Source: Batkoa obscura
Lineage: Eukaryota
DNA length: 64,000 nt
Direction: 5' to 3'
Assembly (NCBI GenBank): GCA_030770535.1
Contig: JASVEC010000002.1
Span: forward strand, 744,001-808,000
A program made the position numbers and the translations under genes. The notes below the pieces were generated by a model. That model did not search any database. It was not told where the DNA came from and saw nothing but the letters and a program-made list of their open reading frames with translations. The first letter of the stretch is position 1. Every line of letters begins with the position of its first letter. Below are positions 25,203-37,507 of the stretch, piece by piece.

Positions 25203-26372
25203 TTCTTTTTTTGATTTATATAAAAGGAATAAACTTACACTTTTTTAAATTGTGTTGCTATTTTTTTACTTTGGCTTGGCTCACACTTTCGAATTTACCA
25301 ATGAAACTTTAGTTAGGTGTTTAGCTATTTTGATTGGCTACTTGGTTTTAGAAATGGGATTATAAGATTTTAAAGCTTTCAGTATTATTATTGTAAAATG
25401 AACGTTATATCGTTTGTACTATTATTTTGTAATCAAATAACTAGCATATATATATCTTTATAAAAAAGGTTGATAAAATTTCATCATACATATTTGTTTC
25501 ACATATGTTAGGTTATGTATAACTTTTTTAGATATAGGAATATTCAATAATAAAACAATAAACTTTTCTATTACATATTTAATCAATATTTTTAACTATT
25601 GCCTTATAATTTGTAATATTAACAGTACCCTTTGATTAGTTTTTTGATTCTAATATTAAGGCTTTAGTTTATAATATCCTTTTTCATAAGAAAATAAATG
25701 TTTTTTTTACTATAATATTTTGCCAATGATTTTTTCAGTTTTATGCTACATGAAAAATGGACAAACAAATAAAATTAAAGATGCCCCAAATGCTTTTTTT
25801 ATCGTATTACCCAACTTAGTAAAGTGTGCTTCTTTCCTACACAATAAAATAAAGACAACGATAGTTATAACACGAGGCTTTTTTTTCAATATTACAATCA
25901 GTCCTTTGAAGAGCTTCAAAAAATATGATTTAAAAAACCATTCGAAATATGAAAAGTACAATAACTTTTATATTTATTAATGCAGTTCCTGCAACTCCAT
26001 CGTGACCTATTTAATCGCTCATTTAAAAATAAAATTTCTCTAAAATCATGCCAAAGCTAAAGATTAATCAAATAGAAACCAAACAAACAAAAAACTGACT
26101 ATAAAAATTATCGAAACTTAGGCCATAACAGAGTTGCAGCAACTATAAACAATTCATCATGAGTATAAAATAGTAATAAACTTTAAAAATTGAACTTTAT
26201 AAAGATAATTTTGTATTGATAAATAAAACTTTGTTTTATTTTAAGTTTTATCGATTGTATAAAACCAACAGTATTTTATCTTGTCAGTAATGTATGAGTG
26301 AGAAACTATCTAAAAACGAGTACTATTAAACTTTCGGCAAGCTTAAACTAAAAATGCTTGCTAGACTTTGGC

Positions 26373-28332
26373 CTAATTTTTAGTAATAGAAACCTTTATT
26401 GGTTCCATCGGTTGAGTAGTAATAAAACATTTATGATCAATATCTTTTTCACCATTTCTATCAAAAGTGAAGTTTCGAATCAAATTTGCACTGACTAAGT
26501 ATAACTCCATCCAAGCTAAACTATAAAATGAAAAAAATGTATGATAATTATTGATTGAATTAATGGAACTTACGTTCTACCCACACAAGCTCTAGGGCCG
26601 ATTAAAAAGGGCGAGAAGTTATTATTTGTTTTGAACTTTCCATTTAATAGCCACCTTTGGGGATCAAAGACCTCTGGCTTTTCCCATTGTGTTGGTAAAT
26701 TATGCAAAACATTAAAACATACTCCAACAACTGTCTAGAAAATATTATTATAAAAATAATATTTCTATTTACTATAAGAATATATACCTTTTCTGGCATA
26801 TAGTAACCATCAATAACTTTACCACCACTAGGTACTAATCTTGTTGGAGTACCCCCAACTACTGGAAAAATCCTTAAGCCTTCATGAATTACGGCATTAA
26901 GATAATGACATTCAGTTTTGCATTTGGAATAAGTAATCGATTCTTTATTGGGGAACATTGTAACTATTTCTTCTTTAACTTTTTGATATACATCTGGATT
27001 CTTAGTCAGCAAATAAAATATCCTAAATAATTATTTAATTCGTTGAAACTTAACTGTATTAAAGTACCATGTAAGAGAATGCGAAGTAGTATCTGTTCCA
27101 CCAGAACTTTAAATAAGATTAGTTACATATTAAATAAATTAATGAGTTAATAAGCTACAGTTGCGAAATTGACTCCTCGGCTATTTCTCTTTCACTTAAT
27201 TTTTTCCCAGTATCTGGATCCATTGCCTTAATTAGAGTATTCAAAATACTAGCTCTACCTGGATTATTTTTGGCATGTTTTATTGCTGCATGTGTAAACT
27301 GAATTTTGATTAAATATATCTAATAATAAGTAATAATGTTTTTAATACTTCAAATAAATTTTTAATACTATCGAATTGATAATATTTCATAAATGGGAAC
27401 GTAAATACCTAATATTATGTGAGCACTATGTAAAATATTAATATCTGCGTCATACCAAAATACTGAGTTTGGTCATATCATGTGTCCATTTTACTATTGG
27501 GTGGTAACCATCTCTTAGCATATTAAATGACTTTCCAAACGCAAAGTCTCCAATTACATCCTATTAACTATATTACTATAACTATGAATGATTTCATACA
27601 GAATTTACGAAAGCAAAATAATGAAAGTAAAGACCAAGATCTAATTTCTGACTTTGAGTAGATAAAGTATTCACTTTATCTACAAAAGTATCTATATTCT
27701 TTTTGACTAAATATTCCATACTTTCAATTGACTTCTCCGAAAAGGATGGAGCAATAATTTTTTTCTATTTTAGTTAACTATAGTTATTACAAGTTATATA
27801 AAACTATTACTCTTTGACGGTGAAAGTCTCTATTTCTATTAAATCATTAGTATTAGCTATTTGATGCCTATTCTTCATTACCTTGTGCTGAAAATAGTTT
27901 CTCCTACTATTTTAAAAATCTCATAAATTTCATCCTTTACATAGGCGTAGGTAGAATAAATCTCTTTCAATGCTGAATCGGAAGAAAAGGACACCTCATT
28001 CCAACCTATGTCATTTTATTAGTGTTATAAATAATTAAGGTTTCATATTTTAAATACTTACTCAATCTTACTACATTTCCATATTTCATATGCAAACTTA
28101 GAGCATACTCTGGAAATGTACCTTTGCTTATATGATAGGTGTGGATAAAGGGGAAGAACAAATTGATTATTGGGCCAGGTACCTTTTTCAAGGGACTAAA
28201 ATGTATATTGTATATAACCTTTTAAAGTACAAATTATAATGTGACAATGATATATAATTAAACTACTTTATACCCATAATAAATCAAAGATGATACAAGT
28301 ATGGATATTAATACTAATGTCAAATTTAACAT
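26373..28332 (-). CDS. Cytochrome P450 (paralog 1), about 11 introns
   Basis: N-terminal TM anchor, then PLKKVPGP; I-helix GGTDTT; K-helix EGLR; heme motif FSPFLIGPRACVG. The exons I spliced join in frame; stop TAG at 26373-26375. Confidence 0.92.
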
Positions 28333-29943
28333 TTTAAAAAATAATCACTAGTGTGGTTTGTTACTTCCTTTTATACTTGACTTTCCAAAATTACATTTTC
28401 AATTCCTTAAAATTTATTCTATTTTCCGCTTTATATAATTTGGCTTTTTTAAATAATGTAAGCCGTCAACTACATACGAAATAAAAAATCCTCACTTTTA
28501 ATGAAAGTTATATATATCGGAAAGTCGAATTGATAAATTACAAAACTTTTAGAGTTCAATACTACATCTTCAATTAAGACTACTATTTATAAATGATGAG
28601 CCCCTCTCCTTTAGTACAAAAAGTAAACAACTCCATTTTTATTCAATTACATCGGTTTTCATTAAGTTTTTGATCATCCCTTACATTAAAAACCATACAG
28701 ATGAATCACTCATTAATGTTGAAATTTATAATTATTTACTTAATGAATTTCTTAAAGCAATTGTAATTATCCTATCGCTTAAAATTGGAAGCTAAATTCT
28801 GAACTATCTTCAGTGAATAGCATGTTTCCATCATTATAAATATAAATCCAATAGAACTTGATACAGAATTTCTTTAATTTTTGAATTATTGACACACGTT
28901 GCTACTTTTAGTTTCCTTTATATCACAAAGGACCCAATGCACCCAGATCCTTATCTTCTAGAAACATATTTCTATACCATCCCCGGCTTTTCTAGACCTT
29001 TTTTAATGAGCTGACAGTTGAAGCTATTTTTGCCATATTAGATAAACTTTAATTCTTAACTTTAGATGGTCGGAGATTTGGAAGAATCCATTCAATCTAT
29101 TTTTAAATGTAGAATTACAACAACACTCTCTTGATATTAAAGTACTTGTTTTAAAGTATAATGGTTTTCTACTGCTGTTTTTTGATGCGAATGCCAAGTG
29201 AACGAAGTTGGCGCTATTCGATGTATTTGTTAAATGATAGAATGTGTTATAATCATGAATCTTTTAGTATAAAATTAGACTATTTAAAGTTTAATAAGTT
29301 ATAGTTAAGATTTGAATAATACATGAATAATTTAAAGGCCATTTTCTATAACTAAATAATAATTGACATATGTACAAAAAGGCAAAATAATAAGATTTAT
29401 TAAAATTTTATAGTCAACTAAACAAAGTAACTTATTGACATAATTTTTTTAACAACATAATACTTAGAAAAAGCCTATCAACGCTTCCCAATATTATCTA
29501 TGATATTACGATACTGAATTAAAGCTGCCTTATTTTCTATATTTTTGATTATGTATATATATATAATTTTCTCATATTATAACAGTTTTTGTAGTGAAAA
29601 AAATCGGAAAGTTATTGACTATAATAGAAATTATAATTTTTGTTATTTTTAATGAAGGATCAATTTTTAATAGAATAAACTTTATGTAGCATAAAACGAA
29701 AATCACAATTCACAAGGTACAAAAGCATTTATTTTTAATAATTTATTATTTAACTTTAATCCTTTTATAAACTGATTGATCCGCTTGCTTCATAGTAGCC
29801 AAATATAAAACGCTAGTTGCTTTTTACTGATATAAAGTACTAAATCAAAAGATCAAGATCTAACGCTACAATGGGAAACCCATTATAGTTTTTAGTCTAA
29901 CCAGTGTTTCTTCGATTAGAATATTTTCTTTGGAAAACAACAG

Positions 29944-30044
29944 TTGAGGTGTTTTTTCAATTTCATTATTTTTTCCATTTTTAAACGCTATTTGAACGGA
30001 AATTTTGTTAGTAAAATCCTTAAACACAAAAATACATCCTCATA
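29944..30044 (-). mobile_element. MITE family A copy
   Basis: ...AAACGCTATTTGAACGGAAATTTTGTTAGTAAAAT...AAAATACATCCTCATA is the reverse complement of the consensus. Confidence 0.85.
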
Positions 30045-30816
30045 TTGTATAAAAAAACACCTATTATTTTAAATTAAAAACAAATTGATACAAGAAATTA
30101 AATACAATGTTTTTTGAATTCAATATCTAACACTATTATGACTTTATTAAAGATAAATGTAATGTCTTATTAAACAGTATTTTAACTTTTAATTTTTATT
30201 TAGCATTCATTTTTGGCCCTATATTCTATCCTCTTTTAGCCTGCTATCGCCACCCCTTCGCTTATGTTACCTCTTTTTTTAGTATCATTTCAGCCCTTAC
30301 GTCACTATCTTTCATTTATAAGCCCCATCTCCTTGACTGGCATTTAGATCATATATAAAAGTTTTACTGCTTTGCAGTTTGACCCATCTAGAGATTCTCT
30401 TTGAATTTAACCCTATTCCTAATTCCATTCATTGGGAAGCTTTCTGGAGAACAGAGGTGAAATGGATATTATTTTACCTATCTGTTTCTTTTAAGAGTAA
30501 GAATTTGTTGGATTTAGCTCATGTCTTATCAGACTGTTATCTCTAAATAGCTAAATCCTTCAAATTCACTGAGTTTAATATTTATGATCTTCATTTCAGT
30601 TTATAAGATACTTGAAGCTACCACTTCTCAAAATGAGAAAATTTTTATTTAGCATAATTTTTATTTTGAATACTCTCGAATTACAGAGATCAATACTCTA
30701 TGTCAATAATTTAATGCTTAATGTTGTATCAATTCTTGAGTTTCTAAATACTACTGCATATACAAAGAACATTTCTATTAAGAATAAAATAATCTACAAC
30801 ATTAACGAATTCTATA

Positions 30817-30904
30817 TATGGAGATACTTTTTTTGGCTTCACCTTTTTATCTTTTAAGCGCTATTTGAGCGAAAAAATTGTTAATAAAATCAAAAATTAT
30901 CATA
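30817..30904 (-). mobile_element. MITE family A copy, internally deleted/degenerate
   Basis: TATGGAGATACTTTTTTTGGCTTCA...AAGCGCTATTTGAGCGAAAAAATTGTTAATAAAAT. Confidence 0.7.
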
Positions 30905-32306
30905 TGTTCTAAATCCTATTTACTTTATTCTAGATACTTTACCAAATAGACGTTTTTAAATACCTGCTTAAACTTTGGATTTAAGCTTTAATCTTTTTAT
31001 TATATTATGTATATACAATTGAAAAAATCACTTTGTTAAATATATACTTAACCATGTTTTTTATATTAATGATAACATTAATAAATCTATTCAAATGAAA
31101 CTAATTAATTTTATAAGTTATTTTTTGGGATAAACTTACCTTTTAGATTATTAATTTAAATTTGAGGGTATTTGATGGCTTTTTTTTATAAAAAAGGTTA
31201 GTTTAATTTTTATGTTAAATTGTTCCTACAGATATAGTTTTTTTTATATTACAGTGATGGTCATTGTCGCTAAAATGATAATTTTGTTAACAATCCACAA
31301 TATTACAAAAATTATATATTTATATATTCATTATAATATATTATTATAGCCCTCTGCTATTGAAATTTAAACGATAACTGGAATTGGTGAATTTCAATGT
31401 AATAAGATTATATTTGTTAAAGTTTAAACTATCTAACTTGATTGGGATTTTGGGGAATTAATGTAAGAATTGTTCTATATTCAATTAACTTGCCAATTAT
31501 TTGAATGTCCTCGTTTAAGTAACTTTTTATAATGTTCATATTTATAGATTGTCGATAATTAGAGTATTTATTACTTATATACATTTGTCTTTTTGGAATT
31601 GCTTTAACGTTATTTACTTTACAATTTGGTCATATAAACTTGTACCTAAGCTCTTATGTTAACTATATTATTTAGTAGAAAATAAAGTTAGAAATCTTTA
31701 GTTGTATGGAATAGTAGAATCTTATCCATTAGCAAAGCAATATGTATTAGTAAAAATTATCACTCGCCTAATACCATTTTTTTTTTAATTTTCAAACTTG
31801 AAAGCTCTAATCTATTATTCTTCAAGTTTAATTTTGATTGGAAATAATAGAGTAACAAAAGATAAATATAGACTGTCCCCTATTTTAGGGTTATATTCAA
31901 ACATTTAATTAAGCCAATAATATAATTAAGCAGCATTGCACAGCCATTAAAAAGAGCCATAAAATCTATAAATTAGAGACAAATTAAATCTTCAAATATA
32001 AACATTGTTTATATATTTTGAAAGCTCTTATCTATACTAAATAAATATATCTATCTTATATGCTTTTCTACTTTACACTAACTATAATTAAACGCGAGGT
32101 TTATTATATTTTACCTGTTTAGTGAATTAGCCTATTTTTTTAATCTTACACACTTTACTTGCCAGAATATTTAGTTTATTCTTTAAAAATAAACTTCCTG
32201 TTTATTCGAAATCTATCTAAATTAAGTAATTGCTCTTCAGAACTTGATTAGATTATAAATACCCTTGCTTTATTGTTTTTTTCTAATTTTTATTCATTAT
32301 TAAAAA

Positions 32307-34373
32307 ATGACTTCCGGTGAAAAAAGCTACGTTGATGACGCCTTTATGAGTGAAAAGGATGATGCATACATCAATGAAAAGGATGACACTAGATATCAAA
32401 TTCAAAATATTAATGATCGTGACGTTCCAGAAGATATAGTAGATTATCAATTCACATTCCGTTCTATTGCTGTTGGTACTCTTTTAGGCTGTATCCTTGG
32501 TGCAAGTAATATATATATGGGTTTGAAAGCTGGATGGCAATTTTTAGGATCTTTCTTTGGTTCAATTGCTGGTTTTGGTATTGTTCAATTGATATCTCAT
32601 TTACCACTTTATCTTGGTGGAGGCCCACTTGGTGTCAGAGAAACCTGTACAATACAAACAGCTGCTACCGCAACTGCTGGATTAACAGCCGTTTTCTCTT
32701 CTGTTGTCCCAGCTGCATATCGCTTAGGGTTATTTCCACCACTTCATCTTTCATGGGGATTATTAATTTGTTGGCTTATTCCAGCTTCATTTTATGGCAT
32801 GTTTTTTGCTATTCCTTTGAGAACCACTTTTGTTTTAAAACAGAAACTTCCTTTTCCAGGACCAGCTGCAGTATCTCAAGTGATTAAGAACCTCCATAAA
32901 AAATCAAGCAGCAATGCTTCCAAACAACTTTGGTATATGATGGTTCCATTTGCTGGCTCTTTACTTTATCGTGTATTTACTTTTTTTGTTCCCTTCTTAT
33001 GGGACCTTCATTTCTTTTATTGGGTTGGATCAGCCGCTAATAACGCCAGTGTGATAGCTGTGGATGCTATTTGGGGATGGAGAGCACAGGTTACTCCTGC
33101 ATTTTTTGGTTGTGGAATGATGGTTGGATTAAATACTTCATTTTCTTTCCTTGCTGGAGCCTTGCTTGCCTGGGGCATAATTGGACCTTGTGTTTTTTAT
33201 TTAACAGATATTGTTGGAAAGAGTTTAGTTATTACTCAGAATCCCACGGGTACTTCTATTGTACAATGGAATCTTTGGATTGGTATCATAATGATGCTTG
33301 CATACAGTTTCACTGAATTAATAGTTAATTATGATACTGTTTTCACTGGATTGAAGGGTCCATTAATTTCTTTAAAGAATTGCTACTATAGACGCTTCTC
33401 GCCATCAAATGTACAAGATGTAGAATATGAAGATCATGATGATCCTGCACCACCAAACGAACAAGTTCCAACTTGGATGTGGGTTGTTGGTCTTATAACC
33501 TCGCTAGTAGTAAACATTTTGGTAAATCATTTCTATTTAGATATTGGGATTGGTAAAACTATTTTATGTGCCATCTTAAGTTTCTTACTTTCCTATGTTG
33601 GAACTTTGATTGCAGCACAAACAAATATAAATTCAGGTGGTGCTATATCTAAAATAGTTCAAATTATATTTTCAGTCATTCCATCTGCTGATGTTAACAT
33701 GGCACTATCAAGCAGTTTAATGCTTACTGGTTATAGTACTCAAACAACATTACAAGCTTCAGAAATGGTTGGAGATTTGAAAACTGGTCATGATGTAGGT
33801 GCTGCACCAAAATATCAATTTTATGCTCAAGTTTTAGCAACTATCCCTGGTATTTTTGTCGCTGTAGCTATCTTTCAGTTGTTTGCTGCTGGATATCCTT
33901 GTATTTTAAGCAAAACTCCTGATCCACTTTGTCCTTTCCCTGCCCCTGGTGCAGCATCATTTCAAAGTCTTGCATTACTACTTACTAGCGGAGCAGATAA
34001 ATTATTCCCATCATCATGTCGTATTGCTTGTATAGTGATGGGATGTGTTAGTATTATAGGTGCTTTATTGAAAAGCAAATTTTTGAAAAAATACAGCAAT
34101 TATATACCTAACTTTGGGGTTATGGGCTTAGCCTTCTGTGTTCCTCAACCAGCTGTTCCTATTACGCTTTCTATAGGCGCTATATTTGGATATTTCTGGA
34201 ATAAACGTAATCCAGAGAGTCATAGTCTTCTAATGATGTCAATTGCAGCAGGGATGATAGGTGGAGAAGGAATCGGTGGATTAGTAACAGCTATATTAAC
34301 TATTGCTGGAGTTGATCAAGGAAAATATGCTGTAGGGTTCGGATGTCCCGAAAATAATCCAAAAAGATGTTAA
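32307..34373 (+). CDS. OPT-superfamily (YSL-like) oligopeptide transporter, copy B, complete and intronless
   Basis: 688-aa polytopic membrane protein; QFTFRSIAVG, YMGLKAGW, QTAATA, LPFPGPAA, GDLKTGH, AAGMIGGEGIGG. Confidence 0.92.
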   Translation: MTSGEKSYVDDAFMSEKDDAYINEKDDTRYQIQNINDRDVPEDIVDYQFTFRSIAVGTLLGCILGASNIYMGLKAGWQFLGSFFGSIAGFGIVQLISHLPLYLGGGPLGVRETCTIQTAATATAGLTAVFSSVVPAAYRLGLFPPLHLSWGLLICWLIPASFYGMFFAIPLRTTFVLKQKLPFPGPAAVSQVIKNLHKKSSSNASKQLWYMMVPFAGSLLYRVFTFFVPFLWDLHFFYWVGSAANNASVIAVDAIWGWRAQVTPAFFGCGMMVGLNTSFSFLAGALLAWGIIGPCVFYLTDIVGKSLVITQNPTGTSIVQWNLWIGIIMMLAYSFTELIVNYDTVFTGLKGPLISLKNCYYRRFSPSNVQDVEYEDHDDPAPPNEQVPTWMWVVGLITSLVVNILVNHFYLDIGIGKTILCAILSFLLSYVGTLIAAQTNINSGGAISKIVQIIFSVIPSADVNMALSSSLMLTGYSTQTTLQASEMVGDLKTGHDVGAAPKYQFYAQVLATIPGIFVAVAIFQLFAAGYPCILSKTPDPLCPFPAPGAASFQSLALLLTSGADKLFPSSCRIACIVMGCVSIIGALLKSKFLKKYSNYIPNFGVMGLAFCVPQPAVPITLSIGAIFGYFWNKRNPESHSLLMMSIAAGMIGGEGIGGLVTAILTIAGVDQGKYAVGFGCPENNPKRC

Positions 34374-35916
34374 TTTGATGGAATAATTCATTTGTTATTT
34401 GTTCTTTAATTGTTTTGTACTCTTTTTACTACCTGTTTTTTATATACTATTACAATTGAATAGAGACCATATAGTCTACATATTTCAATCCTAATAATAA
34501 AAATAATTTAAACTTTTTAAACTTTAAACCTTTTACTAAAACATTAGTACACATTAGTTTTAAATACTTGAATAAGTAAGTTTAAAAGCTTGCTTTAATT
34601 GGAATTTTCTAATTTCACTTTTTGTCCATTTTCTATTTAACTTAGAAACTATCAAGTAAGGCTGGACAAAAAAACATTTCAGTATGGATTATTTTAATTT
34701 TAAGCAAAAAGGCAAATATTTCTATAGTATGATGTTTAATTTGTCTTTTCTAAAAATCTAAAATTAGATAAAGTTTGAACTAAGCTCTTAAACTAACTCA
34801 CACATAAATTGTTTTTGACAAAATGCAAGTACATGCTTTTGATTGATAATTTTTTTAATGATTTTTTTAAAACTTTGTTCCTTAAAATGTGAACAAATTA
34901 TTGGGTTAATAGATTTAAAAGCAGAGAAATGTGATAGCACGAATATCTGACGAATTCTAGTAGCTATAAAAGATTGCAATAGTTGGACAAATATCTCACA
35001 CCATCACATTTTCCGCTTTACCGTCATATTAAAGAAACGTTCTCAATTTTCGATATTAGCTGTTTTCATCAAAAATTAGGTCAAATTCAATCAAAAAATT
35101 ATAATCTTCAAGAAGAAATTTAAACTATTAGAGTATTTCTATTGAAAGTAATAAAACGAATGTTTCAACATTAAACTTAGTGGTTTTTTGCTATTTCTAG
35201 AGTTTTTAAAATTTTAAATATACCGGCTATTACTTATTTAATAAAAACATGCTGAAAACAAGTCCAAAGTAATATACTATGTAAACTCATCAAAAATAAC
35301 ATAAATTAGTAAAAGTACTAATAAATTATATCTTGAAAATAACATCCTTAGATAAAATTTTACAGATTTCTATCAATATTTATTACCTCAATGTAAAATT
35401 ATTTATACCATTAGCAATGATAAAAATAAAAAGTAAATTAAAGAATATATAAAATTATCAAAAATATCATTAATAAAATTAAAAATTGATGACGATATTT
35501 TTTATACTAGGCGATATTTAAATGGTCATCAAGTATTAAAGAATTTTCACCTTGATTTTATAAAACCAGTTCAACTAGATAAAACGGGTGTTATCTATAG
35601 GTTTAATTCATAATATTCAAAACCGGTAAAACACAAGAGACTAGAAGAAACTTGAATATAGGCCTAAATCAACCCATCTATAACACTATTTTAAGTCCTG
35701 AAGATGTAGATATCTAGTGATTTTTGAAAACCATTTATAAATCTCAATTTAATTAATTCATTATACAATTATAAGTTTTAAATATAATTATGAGCATTAA
35801 ATAATCAAATTAATTCATAGATTTTTTGTTTAAGTGATGACATGATTTCTAAAAATAAGAATAAAAATGAGTAGCATAAAGGTTTTACAATCATAAGCAG
35901 ATATGCTAATTTTTAG

Positions 35917-35925
35917 TATAAAAAG
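35917..35925 (+). promoter_or_regulatory. TATA box candidate (AGTATAAAAAG) upstream of the POT transporter
   Basis: The same AGTATAAAA(A)G context lies 40-100 bp upstream of the MCT gene (39566) and P450-1 (minus strand, ~28370); TATATAAAAG precedes ORF 43613. The AT-rich background limits certainty. Confidence 0.4.
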
Positions 35926-36013
35926 GGATCAAAATAAATTAATTAAGCTCATTTTAATAATCATCAATATCAAATATAAATAAATTATTGAGATTTAGCT
36001 AAACTATTTTTAA

Positions 36014-37507
36014 ATGGATTTAGACAATAAAAAACAAGACGATATACCTTTTACTGAGCAATACAAAGAAGCCCCTGTTGGTAGGCCAGGCCCTGTTCCT
36101 AAAGCTGCGTGGTTTATTATAGTTTGTGAATTATGTGAAAGATTCTCATTTTATGGCGCTTCTCTATTATTCGTCCCTTATCTATTAGATAGATTAGGTC
36201 AATCCAAGTCTTCAGCCACTGCTATAAACTCTGCCTTTTTATTTTTTGCTTACTTTACTACCATCGTTGGTGCTATCCTTGCAGATACTTATTGGGGTAA
36301 ATTTAAAACTATATTATTCTTTTCAGTTGCTTATTTACTTGGATTAATACTACTCTCGGTTTCTTCTATCCCTGCCTCAATTGACTCCGGATTTGGATTA
36401 ACTGGGTTCTGTTTAGCTACCTTTTTATTTATTGCTTGGGGTACTGGTGGAATCAAATCAAATGTATCTGCTTTTGCAGCTGAACAAGTACCTCAAAATA
36501 GTGCTTATGATTATAATTTAACTGTAGAAAGAGTTTTTCGATTCTTCTATTGGGCTATTAACGCAGGTGCTTTCTTCGGTATGTTAATTTGCCCTATACT
36601 TGTAAATAATTTAAATAGTCCACCCGGTGGTTTTGGGTTACCTGCGGCTGTGTTTTTCGTTGGGATCTTCCTTTTTATCTTTGGCCGTAAATTTTATGTT
36701 GAATATGAAGTAAAAGAAAATCCTATTTTAAAAGCCCTAAAGTGTATCAAATATGCTTTATCTCATCGTAGCCATTCAAATGAGCATTGGTTGGATGGTG
36801 CCTATACTAATCCAAAATACGATGTAGAATATGTCGATGGTTTAAAACGTACAATTAAAGGTTGTAAAGTATTTTTATTTTACATATTATATTGGGCACT
36901 TTATAATAACATGTCAAGTGCATTCATTATTCAAGGTGTGAATATGTCTCGTCCTTCATGGCTTGGTGCTGAACAATTGAATTTGGTTAATTCTTTAGTT
37001 TTAATTATATTTTTACCAGTATTTGATTATTGGGTTTTTCCATTTTTAAGATCCAAAGGCTTTAAATTAGGGTTGATCACTCGTATTACTATTGGATTTG
37101 CTATATGTACTATTGCATTTATATATGTAACTGTTCTTCAACATGTGCTATATAATACTGGTCCGTACTATGATTTTTCTAATGTAGTAATTAAAGAGGG
37201 AGAACCCTACCCTACTAACAATCTATCTATCTGGTGGCAAATACCAGCATACTTTTTAATCGCTATTTCTGAAATCTTTGCTTCAGCCACTGGTTTAGAG
37301 TACGCCTTCAAATATGCTTCACCCGAGTTAAAATCCGTTGTGTTAGCACTCTTTTTACTCACTAACTGTGGTGGTAGTTTGATTATTCTTATACTTTCTA
37401 TTTGGTCTTATGACCCTCTTTATACTATTTTATTCGCTAGCCAAACCGCTGCTATGGGGGTATTTACAGTAATTTTTTATTTCTTATTTAGAAAACAAGA
37501 TGATTAG
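36014..37507 (+). CDS. PTR2: POT/PTR family di/tripeptide transporter
   Basis: ELCERFSFYG (ExxER motif), GAILADTYWGKFKTI, GTGGIKSNVS, FYWAINAGA, WQIPAY, ATGLEYAF. Confidence 0.92.
   Translation: MDLDNKKQDDIPFTEQYKEAPVGRPGPVPKAAWFIIVCELCERFSFYGASLLFVPYLLDRLGQSKSSATAINSAFLFFAYFTTIVGAILADTYWGKFKTILFFSVAYLLGLILLSVSSIPASIDSGFGLTGFCLATFLFIAWGTGGIKSNVSAFAAEQVPQNSAYDYNLTVERVFRFFYWAINAGAFFGMLICPILVNNLNSPPGGFGLPAAVFFVGIFLFIFGRKFYVEYEVKENPILKALKCIKYALSHRSHSNEHWLDGAYTNPKYDVEYVDGLKRTIKGCKVFLFYILYWALYNNMSSAFIIQGVNMSRPSWLGAEQLNLVNSLVLIIFLPVFDYWVFPFLRSKGFKLGLITRITIGFAICTIAFIYVTVLQHVLYNTGPYYDFSNVVIKEGEPYPTNNLSIWWQIPAYFLIAISEIFASATGLEYAFKYASPELKSVVLALFLLTNCGGSLIILILSIWSYDPLYTILFASQTAAMGVFTVIFYFLFRKQDD

Noticed and set aside
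25690..25795. Possible 13th, very degenerate MITE-A copy (TGAAAAATGG...ATGCCCCAAATGC) and overlapping ORFs 25720-25980
   Set aside because: Left terminus and core not recognisable, so not counted. The ORFs have non-ATG starts and no protein-like features.
30230..30640. GC-richer segment with a TATA-like motif between two MITEs (solo LTR?)
   Set aside because: No TG...CA termini, TSD or second copy identified.
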